Source: a virus
Length of the DNA: 64,000 bases
IMG/VR virus record: IMGVR_UViG_3300033753_000334
Coordinates: 34,985-98,984 of that record
Reading direction: 5' to 3' (one strand)
In this document: in pieces, positions 38,074-48,838 of the stretch
Position numbering within the stretch: the first letter of the stretch is position 1
How the letters are laid out: every line of letters begins with the position of its first letter
Position numbers and translations under genes: made by a program
Notes under the pieces: generated by a model
Seen by the model: only the letters and a program-made list of their open reading frames with translations
Told to the model about the DNA's origin: nothing
The model's database searches: none

Positions 38074-39120
38074 ATGGAGGGATTATCTATGTCGAATAAC
38101 GGAAGTCTTCGCGTGGCTACTGAGTTACAAGCAGAAAATGCAGAACTGCGTAAACAGATTGATCAATACAAGAGCATGGTAGAAGCAGCAAAGCGTGAAA
38201 ACGTAGCTGTTCTTGGAAATGGGGAAGTTTTTGTAAAACGCATTCCGGGTGGGCAAATTCGAGCTGTAAAGGGTGCGCCTGTTTTGCGCGAGTCTAATGG
38301 AGAGTTTGCAGTAATTCAAGGAAAGGCAATGACAACCGCAAAAGGGTTTAACACTTTAAACCAAATCGCAGGTCTATCCATTGTTACTCCGGAGAAATTG
38401 ACGCTGCCAGATGGTCAAATTGTGGTAAATCCCTACCCGATTATCGATCCGGAGAGCGGAACGATTAGTAAGGTATGGGTAAAGAAAATCGCGATCGGAT
38501 ACAGTCCGATTGGGAATTTAGTCGTAACGTCAGCCACACTCCTCTACGATATTCGGATGTATTTTATCCAAGATGTTATGAAAAAAGTACAGTATAACCA
38601 GGGTGCTGGCCGGGTGTGTATGGAGCAAATGCTGACGGAAGAAGAAAAGAGAACAGGTATTTTTCTTAAAATTGACAACTTCCTGGGGGTTCTAGCGAAT
38701 GTCAACCATAAGGAGATTTTGAAAGCGATTGATACCTTTATAAACAAAAAGCAGTTTGCTGAACGGAATGCACAATCAATTTGTGAACGGCTTGCAATGT
38801 CGAAACATCCAGCACTTGCGCATGCTGCCTATTTGGAAGTGGTAGGAAATGAAAAGAATCGGGTAGCTAAAGTCCCGGTAGTAGGTTTTGTAAACGACTT
38901 TACTCGTGAACAAGTATTGGAGATTGCAGAGAAGGCAGAAAAAGGTGAAGAAATTGTAATTGAAGGTCAGAAAGTAGAATCTATTGAGGTCACTGCAGAA
39001 GCCACTACAGAAGATATGGCAGTAGATGTAGATGATGAGGAACGCATTCAACAGGAAGGTCCTACAGAGGAGCAAACATCCGTGCCACAGGGATTTTTCG
39101 ATGGAGAGGAGAAATTCTGA
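38074..39120 (+). CDS. Hypothetical protein, possible single-strand annealing/recombination protein
   Basis: Acidic C-terminal tail ending FFDGEEKF; directly upstream of the SMC-like ATPase and helicase. Confidence 0.45.
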   Translation: MEGLSMSNNGSLRVATELQAENAELRKQIDQYKSMVEAAKRENVAVLGNGEVFVKRIPGGQIRAVKGAPVLRESNGEFAVIQGKAMTTAKGFNTLNQIAGLSIVTPEKLTLPDGQIVVNPYPIIDPESGTISKVWVKKIAIGYSPIGNLVVTSATLLYDIRMYFIQDVMKKVQYNQGAGRVCMEQMLTEEEKRTGIFLKIDNFLGVLANVNHKEILKAIDTFINKKQFAERNAQSICERLAMSKHPALAHAAYLEVVGNEKNRVAKVPVVGFVNDFTREQVLEIAEKAEKGEEIVIEGQKVESIEVTAEATTEDMAVDVDDEERIQQEGPTEEQTSVPQGFFDGEEKF

Positions 39121-41267
39121 TGCTGAAAGCGATTGAAATTAAAAGTGTAAAGGGACAAACGGTTACACAGCCGCTTACTGGCCGAGATTTGTTCATTGGT
39201 CGCAACGGATCCGGGAAAACCACCCGGATTCAGGCCCTTGGATTAGCAATGCTTGGATATGTACCAGGAAACGGGAAGACGGCAAATGATACTTTTAAAT
39301 TAGCCACAGGAGATGAAATGTGTGTAGGTCTTGTAACGGATGAGTTTCGGTTTGTACGTACGTTTAAGAGAAATGAAAAAATAAACAAGGCAACAGGAGA
39401 GACGAAAACCAGCATTAAGGAATCGCTAACGGTTTCTCCCGGGCGTGGGGAACGGACAGAAACGGAAAAGAAAGAGCGTATCACAGCAGAAATCGGGAAC
39501 TTTCCGGTTATGATGGATTTTAACGACTTCCTTTCCTTATCCGATGCTAAACGGCGTGATTTCATTTACTCACTTTCACCGATCACATCAGACACTTGGA
39601 ACCGTGAGAGGGTGCAAAATTATCTAGAAAGCAAATTGTTGCGTGTAGAAATACAGGAGAATAACCCGGACCAATATAATGCCTTGCAAGAAATGATTCG
39701 TGAGGCGATGCAGCAGTTTCCAATGGATTTTGGCGTACATGAAGGGCTACAATCGATGCTTGACTGGACAGCTACTCAATTATCTTTCTGGAACAGCAAA
39801 AAGAAGGATGCACAGGGTGCAGTTCGCCAGATGGCGGAGATGAAAAATGAGTTGACAGAGACAGACCGAAATATCGCAACTCAAAAGAAAGAGCTAGAAG
39901 ATCTCCAGCAACAACTTATTGATGTGGAAAAGAAAATTTCCGCGGATGAAGAAAAGAAAAAAGCCATCGATGCACGCTTAAAAAGAATTCAAGAGCTCGG
40001 CAAACTTATTGCCAATCTGACAAATGCACCAGTGCTGACAGATACAGCAGATGTGGACCAAAAAATCGCCCAATTACAACAGCAGCTAGTTGAAGAAAAC
40101 GATCCGGCTGAGCAGTTAGATACGTTGAATCGAAAAGCACAGGAAGCTAAGAAATCCTATAACCAATTGGAGAAAAAAGCACAACAGCTAAAAGAGCAAA
40201 TTATTCACTTAAATGCAGGTGTAAAAACGTTGGTAGGATCCGCAGAAACGATTAGCGGGCTTGGTGGCAACTGCGTCATTGATAAACGCATCGGATGTAC
40301 AAAAGATTTTACCCCGTTTATGCAGTTTGTGGCGCAGAAAAAACAAGAAGCTACTGAAATGGTTGCCAAAGTACAAGCAGAGTTAGATGGAATCGAAAAA
40401 CAGATGGCAGATGCAGAAAGTGAAGGACTGGCTGCTCAGGAAGAACGAGATGCCTTACAAAAGCGTGCGAACGAGATTGTGCAGTCCAATAACCGGATAC
40501 AAAAGCAAATCATAGAGTTGGAAAAAGAGCGTGAGAAGCACCTAACCGAAAAAGAACGGCGCGAACATCAAATCAAGATGTACGAAGAAGAACGTAGCAA
40601 ATTGATGAATCACCCTGCTGAACCAATTGGCGACATCATGATTATGCGGGTGCAGGTTGGGGGCATTCGTTCCCGTATCGATGAACTGAAAATATCTATT
40701 CAGGAAAAAGAAAAAGCAAAACAAGCACTTCTACTTTTACAGCAAAGCTTACTTGATAATCGGAAAGCAGACTACAATGTTAATGCCTTGAAGTTACTTC
40801 AGGATGCATTGGGAGCCAAAGGGATTCAGGGCGAGTTGGTTAAGGAAATATTAGAGCCAATACGGAATATGATTGCGGAGAACTTGCAGCTTATGGGCTT
40901 CGATTTTGAACCGTTCTTCCAAACGGAGAGTGAAACCGGCAAGGAAATTTTTCAGTTTGGATGGGTAAATGAGAAAGGTCATTTTGTAAATTTTGATGCA
41001 ATGTCTACAGGGCAACAGACAGTATTTCTGGCTGCCATGATGATGACGATTATCGATCGGGCAAAACCAAAGCTGCGGTTATTGGTCATGGACAACTTAA
41101 ATCACTTGGACCGAACCAATTTCCAGCTGCTCATTAATGGTTTGAACAAGCTAGCGCATAAAGTGGACAATATCATTCTGGCCGGAGCTATTGAATTTCC
41201 GTTTGAAGCGGAAGGATGGAATGTATGCGATGTAACACCGGGTAAGGAGGAAAGTCTCCGTGAGTAG
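39120..41267 (+). CDS. SbcC/Rad50-like (SMC-family) ATPase
   Basis: Walker A GRNGSGKT, long coiled coil with a central Cys pair, signature MSTGQQ, Walker B LLVMDN. Confidence 0.88.
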   Translation: MLKAIEIKSVKGQTVTQPLTGRDLFIGRNGSGKTTRIQALGLAMLGYVPGNGKTANDTFKLATGDEMCVGLVTDEFRFVRTFKRNEKINKATGETKTSIKESLTVSPGRGERTETEKKERITAEIGNFPVMMDFNDFLSLSDAKRRDFIYSLSPITSDTWNRERVQNYLESKLLRVEIQENNPDQYNALQEMIREAMQQFPMDFGVHEGLQSMLDWTATQLSFWNSKKKDAQGAVRQMAEMKNELTETDRNIATQKKELEDLQQQLIDVEKKISADEEKKKAIDARLKRIQELGKLIANLTNAPVLTDTADVDQKIAQLQQQLVEENDPAEQLDTLNRKAQEAKKSYNQLEKKAQQLKEQIIHLNAGVKTLVGSAETISGLGGNCVIDKRIGCTKDFTPFMQFVAQKKQEATEMVAKVQAELDGIEKQMADAESEGLAAQEERDALQKRANEIVQSNNRIQKQIIELEKEREKHLTEKERREHQIKMYEEERSKLMNHPAEPIGDIMIMRVQVGGIRSRIDELKISIQEKEKAKQALLLLQQSLLDNRKADYNVNALKLLQDALGAKGIQGELVKEILEPIRNMIAENLQLMGFDFEPFFQTESETGKEIFQFGWVNEKGHFVNFDAMSTGQQTVFLAAMMMTIIDRAKPKLRLLVMDNLNHLDRTNFQLLINGLNKLAHKVDNIILAGAIEFPFEAEGWNVCDVTPGKEESLRE

Positions 41268-43140
41268 TTTGCTTACTGGTTTGAATCCACAGCAACAGCA
41301 GGCGGTTACATCAACAAGTCCGACTATTCTATGTCTTGCAGGTGCCGGATCGGGAAAGACAACGGTGTTGACGCGCCGGATCGCAAACTTGAATCAAGAA
41401 CATCGTGTAGGGACCAGCGATATGCTGGCCCTTACCTTCACCCGATTAGCCGGAAAAGAAATGAAAGAGCGTGTCATGAAACTGGTTGGTGAAGAGGAAG
41501 GAAAGAAGCTTTTTTGTAACACGTTTCATGCTTTTGCGGTGAGTGTTTTGCAGGAGTGGGGGCATGTCTTAGGGATTGACAAACAATTTACCATATACGA
41601 CCAAAGTGATCGGGAAGCCATTTTGGAACAAATCATTCAAGAGTTTGGTTCACGGACGACAATCAAAAAAGTACTGTCTCGCTTTGCACAGACGAAAGAT
41701 GTTCATAAAGAGCGTATGGAATACCCGGAAGAGTGCCGGGTGCTTGAAGAGTATGGATATCGGTTACGAAAAAACAATGCAGTAGATTTGGATCGATTAA
41801 TTGATTTGGTTACTCTTTTATGGCAGAAGAGTCCAGACACACTGAAATACTATCAACAAATGTACACCCATGTATTTGTAGATGAGTTTCAGGATACGAA
41901 CGATGAGCAAATGCAAATGATTCGTTTGTTGAATCCACAGAATCTATTCATAGTGGGCGATGATTTTCAGGCAATATATGGCTGGCGCGGAGCAAGAGTG
42001 CAATACATTTTGGACTTTCCATCGCAGTATCCGGGATGTGAAGTAGTGAAACTTGAAGACAATTATCGTTCAACGCATCCGATTGTGGCTGCGGCAAATA
42101 ATCTGATTGCTCACAATGTTTATCAGACGGAAAAGACGCTGCGAGCACATAAAGACGGAAGCGAACCACGCCTGATTGTGGTCGGTGACGAACGAATGGA
42201 GCCTTCAATATTGGCTAATTGTATACAGGAAGCCGTACATCAGCACGGAAGATCCTATCAAGATATCGCTATTCTAACACGTACCAATTCCCAAATTGAC
42301 CGAGTAAAAAAGCACCTTGAAGAGCGAAATATTCCGGTTGTAAAAGTCGGCGGTGGCGACATTTTTCAAAAGCACGATATAAAAGCGTTGATCGCCTGGT
42401 TGGAAGTCATTTTGAATCAAAAGGATGGTATGGCGTTACAAAAGGCTATTCAGTTTCCAGAGCCGTTCCTAACGGTGGATGAGCGTCAGCAGTTGGAACT
42501 TTATGCGGTTGCAGAAGACTTATCACTGTTGCAGGCTATGCATAAGTATCAAGACCAGTACCCAGGAGCGCAACGATTCATTCGAAAAGCCAAAGGCGTA
42601 TTTGAATCTTGGATTTGTTACGGTGTTTCAGAAGAACAGATACCTGAAATGACGGCATCGCTACAATTTGAAATCTTAACTCATGTACTGGAATTATCAA
42701 CATGGTATGAGCAGCGCGGACTACGAAATCGTATGGATGATATCGAGCAAGCTTTACAGTTCATTCGGGTGTGGGAGCGCTCGCGTAGGGATGTCGGAGA
42801 AGATGTAAGTTTGTCCTCTTTTTTACGCTGGCTGAAGCATAAAGACATACAGGAAAAGCTAGTGCAGGAACAAGATGCGGTTAAACTTCTTACGGTTCAT
42901 GCTAGCAAAGGATTGGAGTTCCCGGTTGTTATGTTGGCAGGTATGACGCAGGGGTGTTTTCCTTCACGTCGCACCAACGACATTGAAGAGGAACGCAGGC
43001 TTGCTTATGTAGCCGTTACCCGCGCAAAAGAGAAGTTGATTTTGACGCGAGCAGAAAAGGTATTTACTTGGAATAATCAGTTGGTGGATGCTTTGCCGAG
43101 TCAGTTTCTTGAAGAAATAAAAGAGAGTAAAAAAATATAG
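41260..43140 (+). CDS. UvrD/PcrA-family SF1 helicase
   Basis: AGAGSGKT, VDEFQD, VGDDFQAIYGWRGA, NYRS, TVHASKGLEF, EERRLAYVAVTRA. Confidence 0.96.
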   Translation: MSSLLTGLNPQQQQAVTSTSPTILCLAGAGSGKTTVLTRRIANLNQEHRVGTSDMLALTFTRLAGKEMKERVMKLVGEEEGKKLFCNTFHAFAVSVLQEWGHVLGIDKQFTIYDQSDREAILEQIIQEFGSRTTIKKVLSRFAQTKDVHKERMEYPEECRVLEEYGYRLRKNNAVDLDRLIDLVTLLWQKSPDTLKYYQQMYTHVFVDEFQDTNDEQMQMIRLLNPQNLFIVGDDFQAIYGWRGARVQYILDFPSQYPGCEVVKLEDNYRSTHPIVAAANNLIAHNVYQTEKTLRAHKDGSEPRLIVVGDERMEPSILANCIQEAVHQHGRSYQDIAILTRTNSQIDRVKKHLEERNIPVVKVGGGDIFQKHDIKALIAWLEVILNQKDGMALQKAIQFPEPFLTVDERQQLELYAVAEDLSLLQAMHKYQDQYPGAQRFIRKAKGVFESWICYGVSEEQIPEMTASLQFEILTHVLELSTWYEQRGLRNRMDDIEQALQFIRVWERSRRDVGEDVSLSSFLRWLKHKDIQEKLVQEQDAVKLLTVHASKGLEFPVVMLAGMTQGCFPSRRTNDIEEERRLAYVAVTRAKEKLILTRAEKVFTWNNQLVDALPSQFLEEIKESKKI

Positions 43141-43905
43141 GTGGATGACTCCAGATCAATAGATAGTTCAGATGGAAATGAGGTGGGCATCATCGATCTG
43201 TATTTCGTCGTGACGAGAAAAAGTACGGCTGAAATTGAAGTAGTGAGAGAGGTTAGACCGCCGAAAATATTGTGTTCGTATTTTTACTTTCGCAACAAGT
43301 TACTGGCTGATTTGGTGAAGGAAATTGGATATAAGCCAGATATTTTTGTCGATTCAGGCGCATACAGCGCTTGGACGACAGGTAGAAACATTTCACCGCT
43401 TGATTACATGAATTATCTACAGGAAAATCAAGCGTTTATACACAAGTATATCGCACTGGATGTGGTTGGTGACCCGGAGATGACATGGAAGTACTACGAG
43501 ATTATGCGGATGAAAGGATTTGTGCCTATCCCGGTCTATCACTATCAGACTCATGAGAGATATCTGGAACGTTATATTGCTGAGGGAGAAAGTTATATCG
43601 CATTGGGTGGAACAACGATTGATTGGAACAAAAAAGGTGTTGCGGGATGGGTTGCATATCTAATTCAAAAATACCCCAATATAAAGTTTCATCTTCTAGG
43701 GAGTTTTAGTGAAGTGATTGCGTCTATCGAAGGGTTAAAGAGCATGGATGTCGCTTCCTGGTTTATGCGGGCGATTAATGGGGAGCCGAAGCACATTCCG
43801 GGTACGAGTAGAGACGCAAAAATTAAACGTGCCAAATGGTGGATGCGGCACTTGTTAGAAAGAAAAATAGATCAACAACCGGATATACAACTTAGATTTT
43901 TATAG
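43141..43905 (+). CDS. TGT/DpdA-like transglycosylase-fold protein
   Basis: FVDSGAYS, IALDV, IPVYH, YIALGG, KFHLLG, SMD.ASW follow the queuine-tRNA-ribosyltransferase-like motif order. Confidence 0.65.
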   Translation: MDDSRSIDSSDGNEVGIIDLYFVVTRKSTAEIEVVREVRPPKILCSYFYFRNKLLADLVKEIGYKPDIFVDSGAYSAWTTGRNISPLDYMNYLQENQAFIHKYIALDVVGDPEMTWKYYEIMRMKGFVPIPVYHYQTHERYLERYIAEGESYIALGGTTIDWNKKGVAGWVAYLIQKYPNIKFHLLGSFSEVIASIEGLKSMDVASWFMRAINGEPKHIPGTSRDAKIKRAKWWMRHLLERKIDQQPDIQLRFL

Positions 43906-43918
43906 ATGGAGGTGAAAC

Positions 43919-44269
43919 ATGGCTAAATTCTCTAACTATCGACTGATTGATTACTACAAGGAGCGGTATCTCAACAAAACGTTCATCGATACACTGCTAT
44001 ATTGTGTACCATGCGACTTGCATTTCACGGTGAATATTCTGGATGCGAATGGACATGGTGTCATATGTCCTCGATGTCAGAGTGAGGATCTAATAGAAGT
44101 TGGTAGCGCTCAAGTGAAACTGGTGGAAATCTGGAATGAAGATTCCGTTGGCGTTTCATGGGACGACCCGACAGTTATTCGAATGGAAGAAGAAGGCGAA
44201 GAGATCGAGCCGACATGGGTGTATTATGGCAGTCGTCCTCAATCTGAGTACGACAAGGGAGATGATTGA
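43919..44269 (+). CDS. Zinc-ribbon hypothetical protein
   Basis: CVPC...CPRC. Confidence 0.6.
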   Translation: MAKFSNYRLIDYYKERYLNKTFIDTLLYCVPCDLHFTVNILDANGHGVICPRCQSEDLIEVGSAQVKLVEIWNEDSVGVSWDDPTVIRMEEEGEEIEPTWVYYGSRPQSEYDKGDD

Positions 44270-44503
44270 ATGGTTAAAGTTCGTCATATTGAAACGTGTG
44301 AGTTTCACTATGAATCGGAAGAAGAACGTAACGCGCATGTGGCAGAAATGGAAGAAGAGGGATGGAATGTAAGTCCGCAAATTCGTCAGTTTGTTGGACG
44401 AATTCGATACTACAAGGACGATAATAATCGCTTACGGATTGCCGAAAGCAAAGATGAGGACTATGTGTGGTACGGACACTTTGCACGCGAAGTAGTCGGT
44501 TGA
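44270..44503 (+). CDS. Hypothetical protein
   Basis: RBS and operon context. Confidence 0.55.
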   Translation: MVKVRHIETCEFHYESEEERNAHVAEMEEEGWNVSPQIRQFVGRIRYYKDDNNRLRIAESKDEDYVWYGHFAREVVG

Positions 44504-44574
44504 AAATATAAACCACTTGTCTATCCAGCCCTAGTATGTGGGGCTGGATAGATGAATATGCTTGGAGGTTAGAT

Positions 44575-45540
44575 ATGTCACAATTAAAGCGAGTTGTCAT
44601 CAAAGAGGAGTTTGTCAAACTTACGGGCGACTATAAAAAAGCGATCATCTTGCAACAGTTCATTTATTGGTCTGAGCGGACTAAAGATGTGGATAAATTC
44701 CTTGCAGAAGAAAAGAAACGTTTAGCAGATCACGGGATAGATGAAACGGATGCTAAAATCGATTTTCAAAATGGATGGATATATAAAACAGCGGAAGAAT
44801 TAAATGATGAAATTATGCTAGGTATGACAAAAACAGGAATATCACCCCACATTAGATACCTAGTTGAAAAAGGGTGGATTGACTCGAGGCGCAATCCTAA
44901 ATACAAATGGGATAGAACGATGCAGTATAGGGTTAACATTATCAAAATTCAGAAGGACCTGCATAATCTTGGCTATTCACTTGAAGGTTATCCATTACTA
45001 CAAGATAACGAAATGCAAGCAAGAAATTTAAACATACAAGTACGAATAGACGAACATGCAAGTGAGAAAATCTCACTTCAAGGTGAGAAATTCTCACTTC
45101 AAAACTCAAAAAATCTTACTGCAATACCAGAGATTACTACAGAGAATACTATAGAGATTAAAAAAGAAGAAGAGGGCGACGCGGACGACGCGGACCCGTT
45201 CCGGTTCTACCAGGAAAATATCATGCTTAACATCAAGCCATTTGTTGCTGAGGAAATCGTTTACTGGATTGATAGCGGTAAGTTCGAGAAACCGAAAACA
45301 GTGATTGTCGAAGCCATGAAGATAGCTGTGCGAAAAGAAGCGGTCAAAAACAAGTGGGACTACGCAAACAAACTGTTGATTGATTGGAGTGATAAAGGTC
45401 TACGGACCATCGAGAAAATCCGCAACGAGATGCAGGATACAAGTAAGTCGTATAATGTGTCGAACAGGAAAAGTAAACAGGAATCTACATTCGAGTTGTT
45501 GAAACGAATGGAAGAGAAAGCAGAGAGAGGGGAGTGGTAA
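44575..45540 (+). CDS. Phage replication initiator (wHTH + DnaD-like domain)
   Basis: AIILQQFIYW, GWIYKTAEEL; C-terminal FYQEN...EAMKIAV...WDYANKLLIDW..KGLRT; GGAGG RBS before 44575. Confidence 0.85.
   Translation: MSQLKRVVIKEEFVKLTGDYKKAIILQQFIYWSERTKDVDKFLAEEKKRLADHGIDETDAKIDFQNGWIYKTAEELNDEIMLGMTKTGISPHIRYLVEKGWIDSRRNPKYKWDRTMQYRVNIIKIQKDLHNLGYSLEGYPLLQDNEMQARNLNIQVRIDEHASEKISLQGEKFSLQNSKNLTAIPEITTENTIEIKKEEEGDADDADPFRFYQENIMLNIKPFVAEEIVYWIDSGKFEKPKTVIVEAMKIAVRKEAVKNKWDYANKLLIDWSDKGLRTIEKIRNEMQDTSKSYNVSNRKSKQESTFELLKRMEEKAERGEW
45062..45103. repeat. Two tandem 21-bp iteron-like repeats, candidate replication origin
   Basis: GTGAGAAAATCTCACTTCAAG / GTGAGAAATTCTCACTTCAAA, each containing the palindrome GTGAGA-N3-TCTCAC, in the initiator linker. 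Confidence 0.65.
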
Positions 45541-45797
45541 GATTGACGACAAAAGAGACAGTTGGTGTTTTGAAAAAAATAGCGGCTGCATATCACAACT
45601 TTGAGTTGTCGGAAGAGCGTACGCTATTGTGGCATGAATTTCTCGAACCGCATGATGTGGAACTGGTAAATAAAAACTTACGCCGACATATTGAATCAAA
45701 ACCATTTCCTCCAACCATATCAGATCTGGTAAAGCCTGATGAAGATTACGAGCGTGAATATGTACCGTTAGGAGAGATAGACTTGTTGGGAGAGTGA
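45534..45797 (+). CDS. Helicase loader/inhibitor (SPP1 G39P-like)
   Basis: LKKIAAAY..F, W...L, HIESKPFPPTISDL; between initiator and helicase. Confidence 0.8.
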   Translation: MVRLTTKETVGVLKKIAAAYHNFELSEERTLLWHEFLEPHDVELVNKNLRRHIESKPFPPTISDLVKPDEDYEREYVPLGEIDLLGE

Positions 45798-45803
45798 TAA
45801 ATC

Positions 45804-47178
45804 TTGAGCATCAAGGATTACAAGACACCTACGGACCAACAAGCAGAAATAGCGGTACTGAGTGGTATGTTGAACAACGAACAATGCCTTGATGATGCAC
45901 TGTCTAGCATAGACGAGGACTACTTCTACTACGACGAGACAAAGAAAGCATTCAAAGTGATCGTATCTCTTTCTACCGACACGCAACCCAATGTGCATAG
46001 TGTTTTAAAACGTATGGAGACGCAGAGAGAGAAGACATTAATTAGACGTGCCGAATATGTCCTTCGATGGGGTAGAATCGTTCAGAGCCGCCTTAAAAGA
46101 CCTCATAGACACATATTTGAAACGAGAGCAGTATTATACAGCTATGAAAATTCTTGTGATGACACAGGATGCTAATTCACACCCAGAAGAAATCCTGTCG
46201 GTCATGGATGCTGGAATGAGCAAGGTATTTTCAAGCGATGCAAAAGACGAGATTATCGAACCGAAAGAATATGCAACGGAAGCGCTAGAACGTTTTCAGA
46301 AAGTATGCCAAACGCCAGAAGAGGCATACGGGATACGGTTATCTATCGAACTATCGAACGGCCAGGTTATCGGGTTTCCGAGTATTGACGAAACGTTACT
46401 GGGCTTGCATGGTGGAGACCTAATCTTCATAGCAGCACAGACTGGAAAAGGGAAAACAGCACTTGCCCAAAATATTAGCCGTATCGTATCTATTCATCAG
46501 AAGTACCGGACTTATTACGAAAATACTGAGATGCGTAAGCTGGAAATGGCTGCGCGTTTAGCAGCTCAGCTTTCACAAGTACCTGTTAAGGAAATTATGG
46601 GCGGTAAATTAACTGGAACAGCGCAAGAGATTCAGTCGAAGAAGCAGAAAGTAGAAAAGGCGTACCAAAAAATAAGAGATTCACAGTTGTATCTATCCCG
46701 CCTGCCGAACCTTAACGTGGCAAAGTCGAGAGGGCTGGCTAAAAAGTTTAGAAATAAATATGGCAGTCTGGACATGCTAGTGATCGACTATGTAGGTCGC
46801 ATGAATCTTGATACGCCCGAGTTTCACGGTTTGCAGGACTGGCAAAAACTTGTCCGTGTATCGAAGAAGAGCAAGGAACTGGCGATGGAATTGAATGTAC
46901 CGATCATTCTATTAGGACAGTTAAACGAGGATGAACAGATTGAAGGTGCGAAAGCGATCGCGAACGAATGTGATGCTGTGTACTTCTTCAAACCACTGAA
47001 AAGCAAGGATGAGGACTTGCTCCGTAAATCGTTTCGTGATGAGGAGAAGGCAAAACAAGTGACGCATAAGCTTGAAAAACGAAAAGTACGTAGGGACGAC
47101 AGCGACACGCCGATATGGCTGCACTTTGATAAGAAGCGGCAATTTGTTACGGAAGTTGTGCCGGAGATAAGGAGATGA
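45804..47178 (+). pseudogene. DnaB-like replicative helicase split by a +1 frameshift near 46055
   Basis: N-domain (AEIAVLSGML) in ORF 45804-46175; the rest (GFPSID, AQTGKGKT, LVIDY, ELNVPIILLGQLN) in ORF 46048-47178. Confidence 0.8.
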
Positions 47179-47185
47179 GATTGAA

Positions 47186-47506
47186 ATGCGAATGGACGAA
47201 ATCAAGGAAGGGATAATGTACCACAATGGAAAGGGATTGCTCAGAATAGTAGTTCAAGCTCCGAAGCAAGGAGAATTCGGGGAGGTCACGTACCGAAAGT
47301 ATGGTTCTGAAAAGTTACATCGTTGTTGGATTAGCACATTTGCTAGTTGGGCAAAAGGCACTGTCCAAGAAGCTGAATTGTCGTTTTCGTTGAAATGTTC
47401 ATGTGGTACGGAGATGGATGGATTTTTTGGCAGTGTGGATTCAGAAGAAACGCTCCATTGTGATTGCGGAAACGTATGGAAGATTCAGCGCCCGACAAAC
47501 AAGTAA
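47186..47506 (+). CDS. Hypothetical protein with a C-terminal Zn ribbon
   Basis: CSCG...CDCG. Confidence 0.55.
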   Translation: MRMDEIKEGIMYHNGKGLLRIVVQAPKQGEFGEVTYRKYGSEKLHRCWISTFASWAKGTVQEAELSFSLKCSCGTEMDGFFGSVDSEETLHCDCGNVWKIQRPTNK

Positions 47507-47510
47507 GTAG

Positions 47511-48587
47511 GTGTGTGATATGCTGTATCCTGAATACAAATGGGTGGACGTAGCGGTCAACGGTGCGATGAACCGCAACCGACTGTGTGACATAACCAAA
47601 CTCGGTGACCCTACTGGCTATCGTGACGCATACATGACCTTCTTTCGCTACCCGGATGATATGAAGGAGTATTTTGAGCAGAATCTTGTACAAAACAAAC
47701 GTGGCGTAACACATAAAAGTGTTGAGGGGTATAGTGGTCTGGCTTATACAGATTGGATCCCCATTGACGTAGATGCGAAAACGATGGAAGAAGCGCAGGA
47801 CAACGCCATTCGCGTGATCGAAGTGCTTGAGATGTACAGTATTGATACAAACGCTTGCCGATTCTATTTTTCCGGTGCGAAGGGGTTCCATATCATGATT
47901 CCAACTGAAATGGCGGCACTAAAACCGAGTGAGGATATTCATAGGAGACTACGTTACCTGGTTACAAATTTGCTGAATGATAGTGTTAAAGTCGATACAA
48001 CTGTCTACGATAAGGTACGAATATTCCGTTTGCCCAACACAATCAACAGTAAATCAGGCTTGTATAAAGTGGAACTATATGAATTCGAGTTGCGGAACAT
48101 GAGTGTAGAACAAATTCGGGAGATGGCGAAAAATCCGCGTGAGGAACTGGACGTTGAAAAAGAGTATGAGCCGAACGAGTATTTGCTTGAGCTTAACCAG
48201 GCATATGAGCGGTCGCGGACAGAGGGAACGCAACCATACGCAGGAGTGAACGGTGATAAGGCAGCTATTCGCGTAAAGCTGTGCATGCAGTCCATTATGC
48301 AGGGAGTCGGAGAAGGAAGCAGGGACAATTGCGGCCTACGTGTTGTGACGCACCTTAAACACGCAGGATTGAATCCGAAAATGGTATGGGTAGCTTTCAA
48401 TGAGTGGAACAACAGCAATACACCACCCCTTGAGTCGGATGACATGGAACGGATTTACCGGCAAGGTATGGAGCGTGCATATGATTTCGGTTGCCGTGAC
48501 GCGATTTTACAAGAACACTGTGATAAGCGATGCAAGCTTTGGAAAGAGGAGTATACGATGAATAACGCGAGTAGGAGATGGCAATGA
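47511..48587 (+). CDS. AEP-family primase-polymerase with a PriCT-like C-terminus
   Basis: IDVD, FSGAKGFH, RIFRLPNTINSKSG, GEGSRDN, WN..N.PPL. Confidence 0.85.
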   Translation: MCDMLYPEYKWVDVAVNGAMNRNRLCDITKLGDPTGYRDAYMTFFRYPDDMKEYFEQNLVQNKRGVTHKSVEGYSGLAYTDWIPIDVDAKTMEEAQDNAIRVIEVLEMYSIDTNACRFYFSGAKGFHIMIPTEMAALKPSEDIHRRLRYLVTNLLNDSVKVDTTVYDKVRIFRLPNTINSKSGLYKVELYEFELRNMSVEQIREMAKNPREELDVEKEYEPNEYLLELNQAYERSRTEGTQPYAGVNGDKAAIRVKLCMQSIMQGVGEGSRDNCGLRVVTHLKHAGLNPKMVWVAFNEWNNSNTPPLESDDMERIYRQGMERAYDFGCRDAILQEHCDKRCKLWKEEYTMNNASRRWQ

Positions 48588-48838
48588 GCGACTTAGGTGA
48601 CATGCTCATGGATGCTGTGCCGAAAAGGGAAGGACAGCAGGAAAAAGCCAAGTCGAATCCTTCACCGGAGGAACAAGAGTACTTTGAGTTGTTAGAACGT
48701 GCATTAAAAGGCGCAGAGTATTTAGAGCGCAAAGATTTGACCAAAGAGCAGCGTAGAAAAGGAGAACTGTTATACGATGCACTTACTGAGAAGGTGCTGG
48801 AACTACGCCAGAGATTGGATGGTGAGCACAGGAGATGA
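48578..48838 (+). CDS. Hypothetical protein
   Basis: Operon context. Confidence 0.55.
   Translation: MAMSDLGDMLMDAVPKREGQQEKAKSNPSPEEQEYFELLERALKGAEYLERKDLTKEQRRKGELLYDALTEKVLELRQRLDGEHRR

Noticed and set aside
40170-40204. Possible spacer 2 match in the SMC-like gene (AAAAAGCACA...CAAATTAT)
   Set aside because: Needs a gap and consists of short A-rich words; consistent with chance
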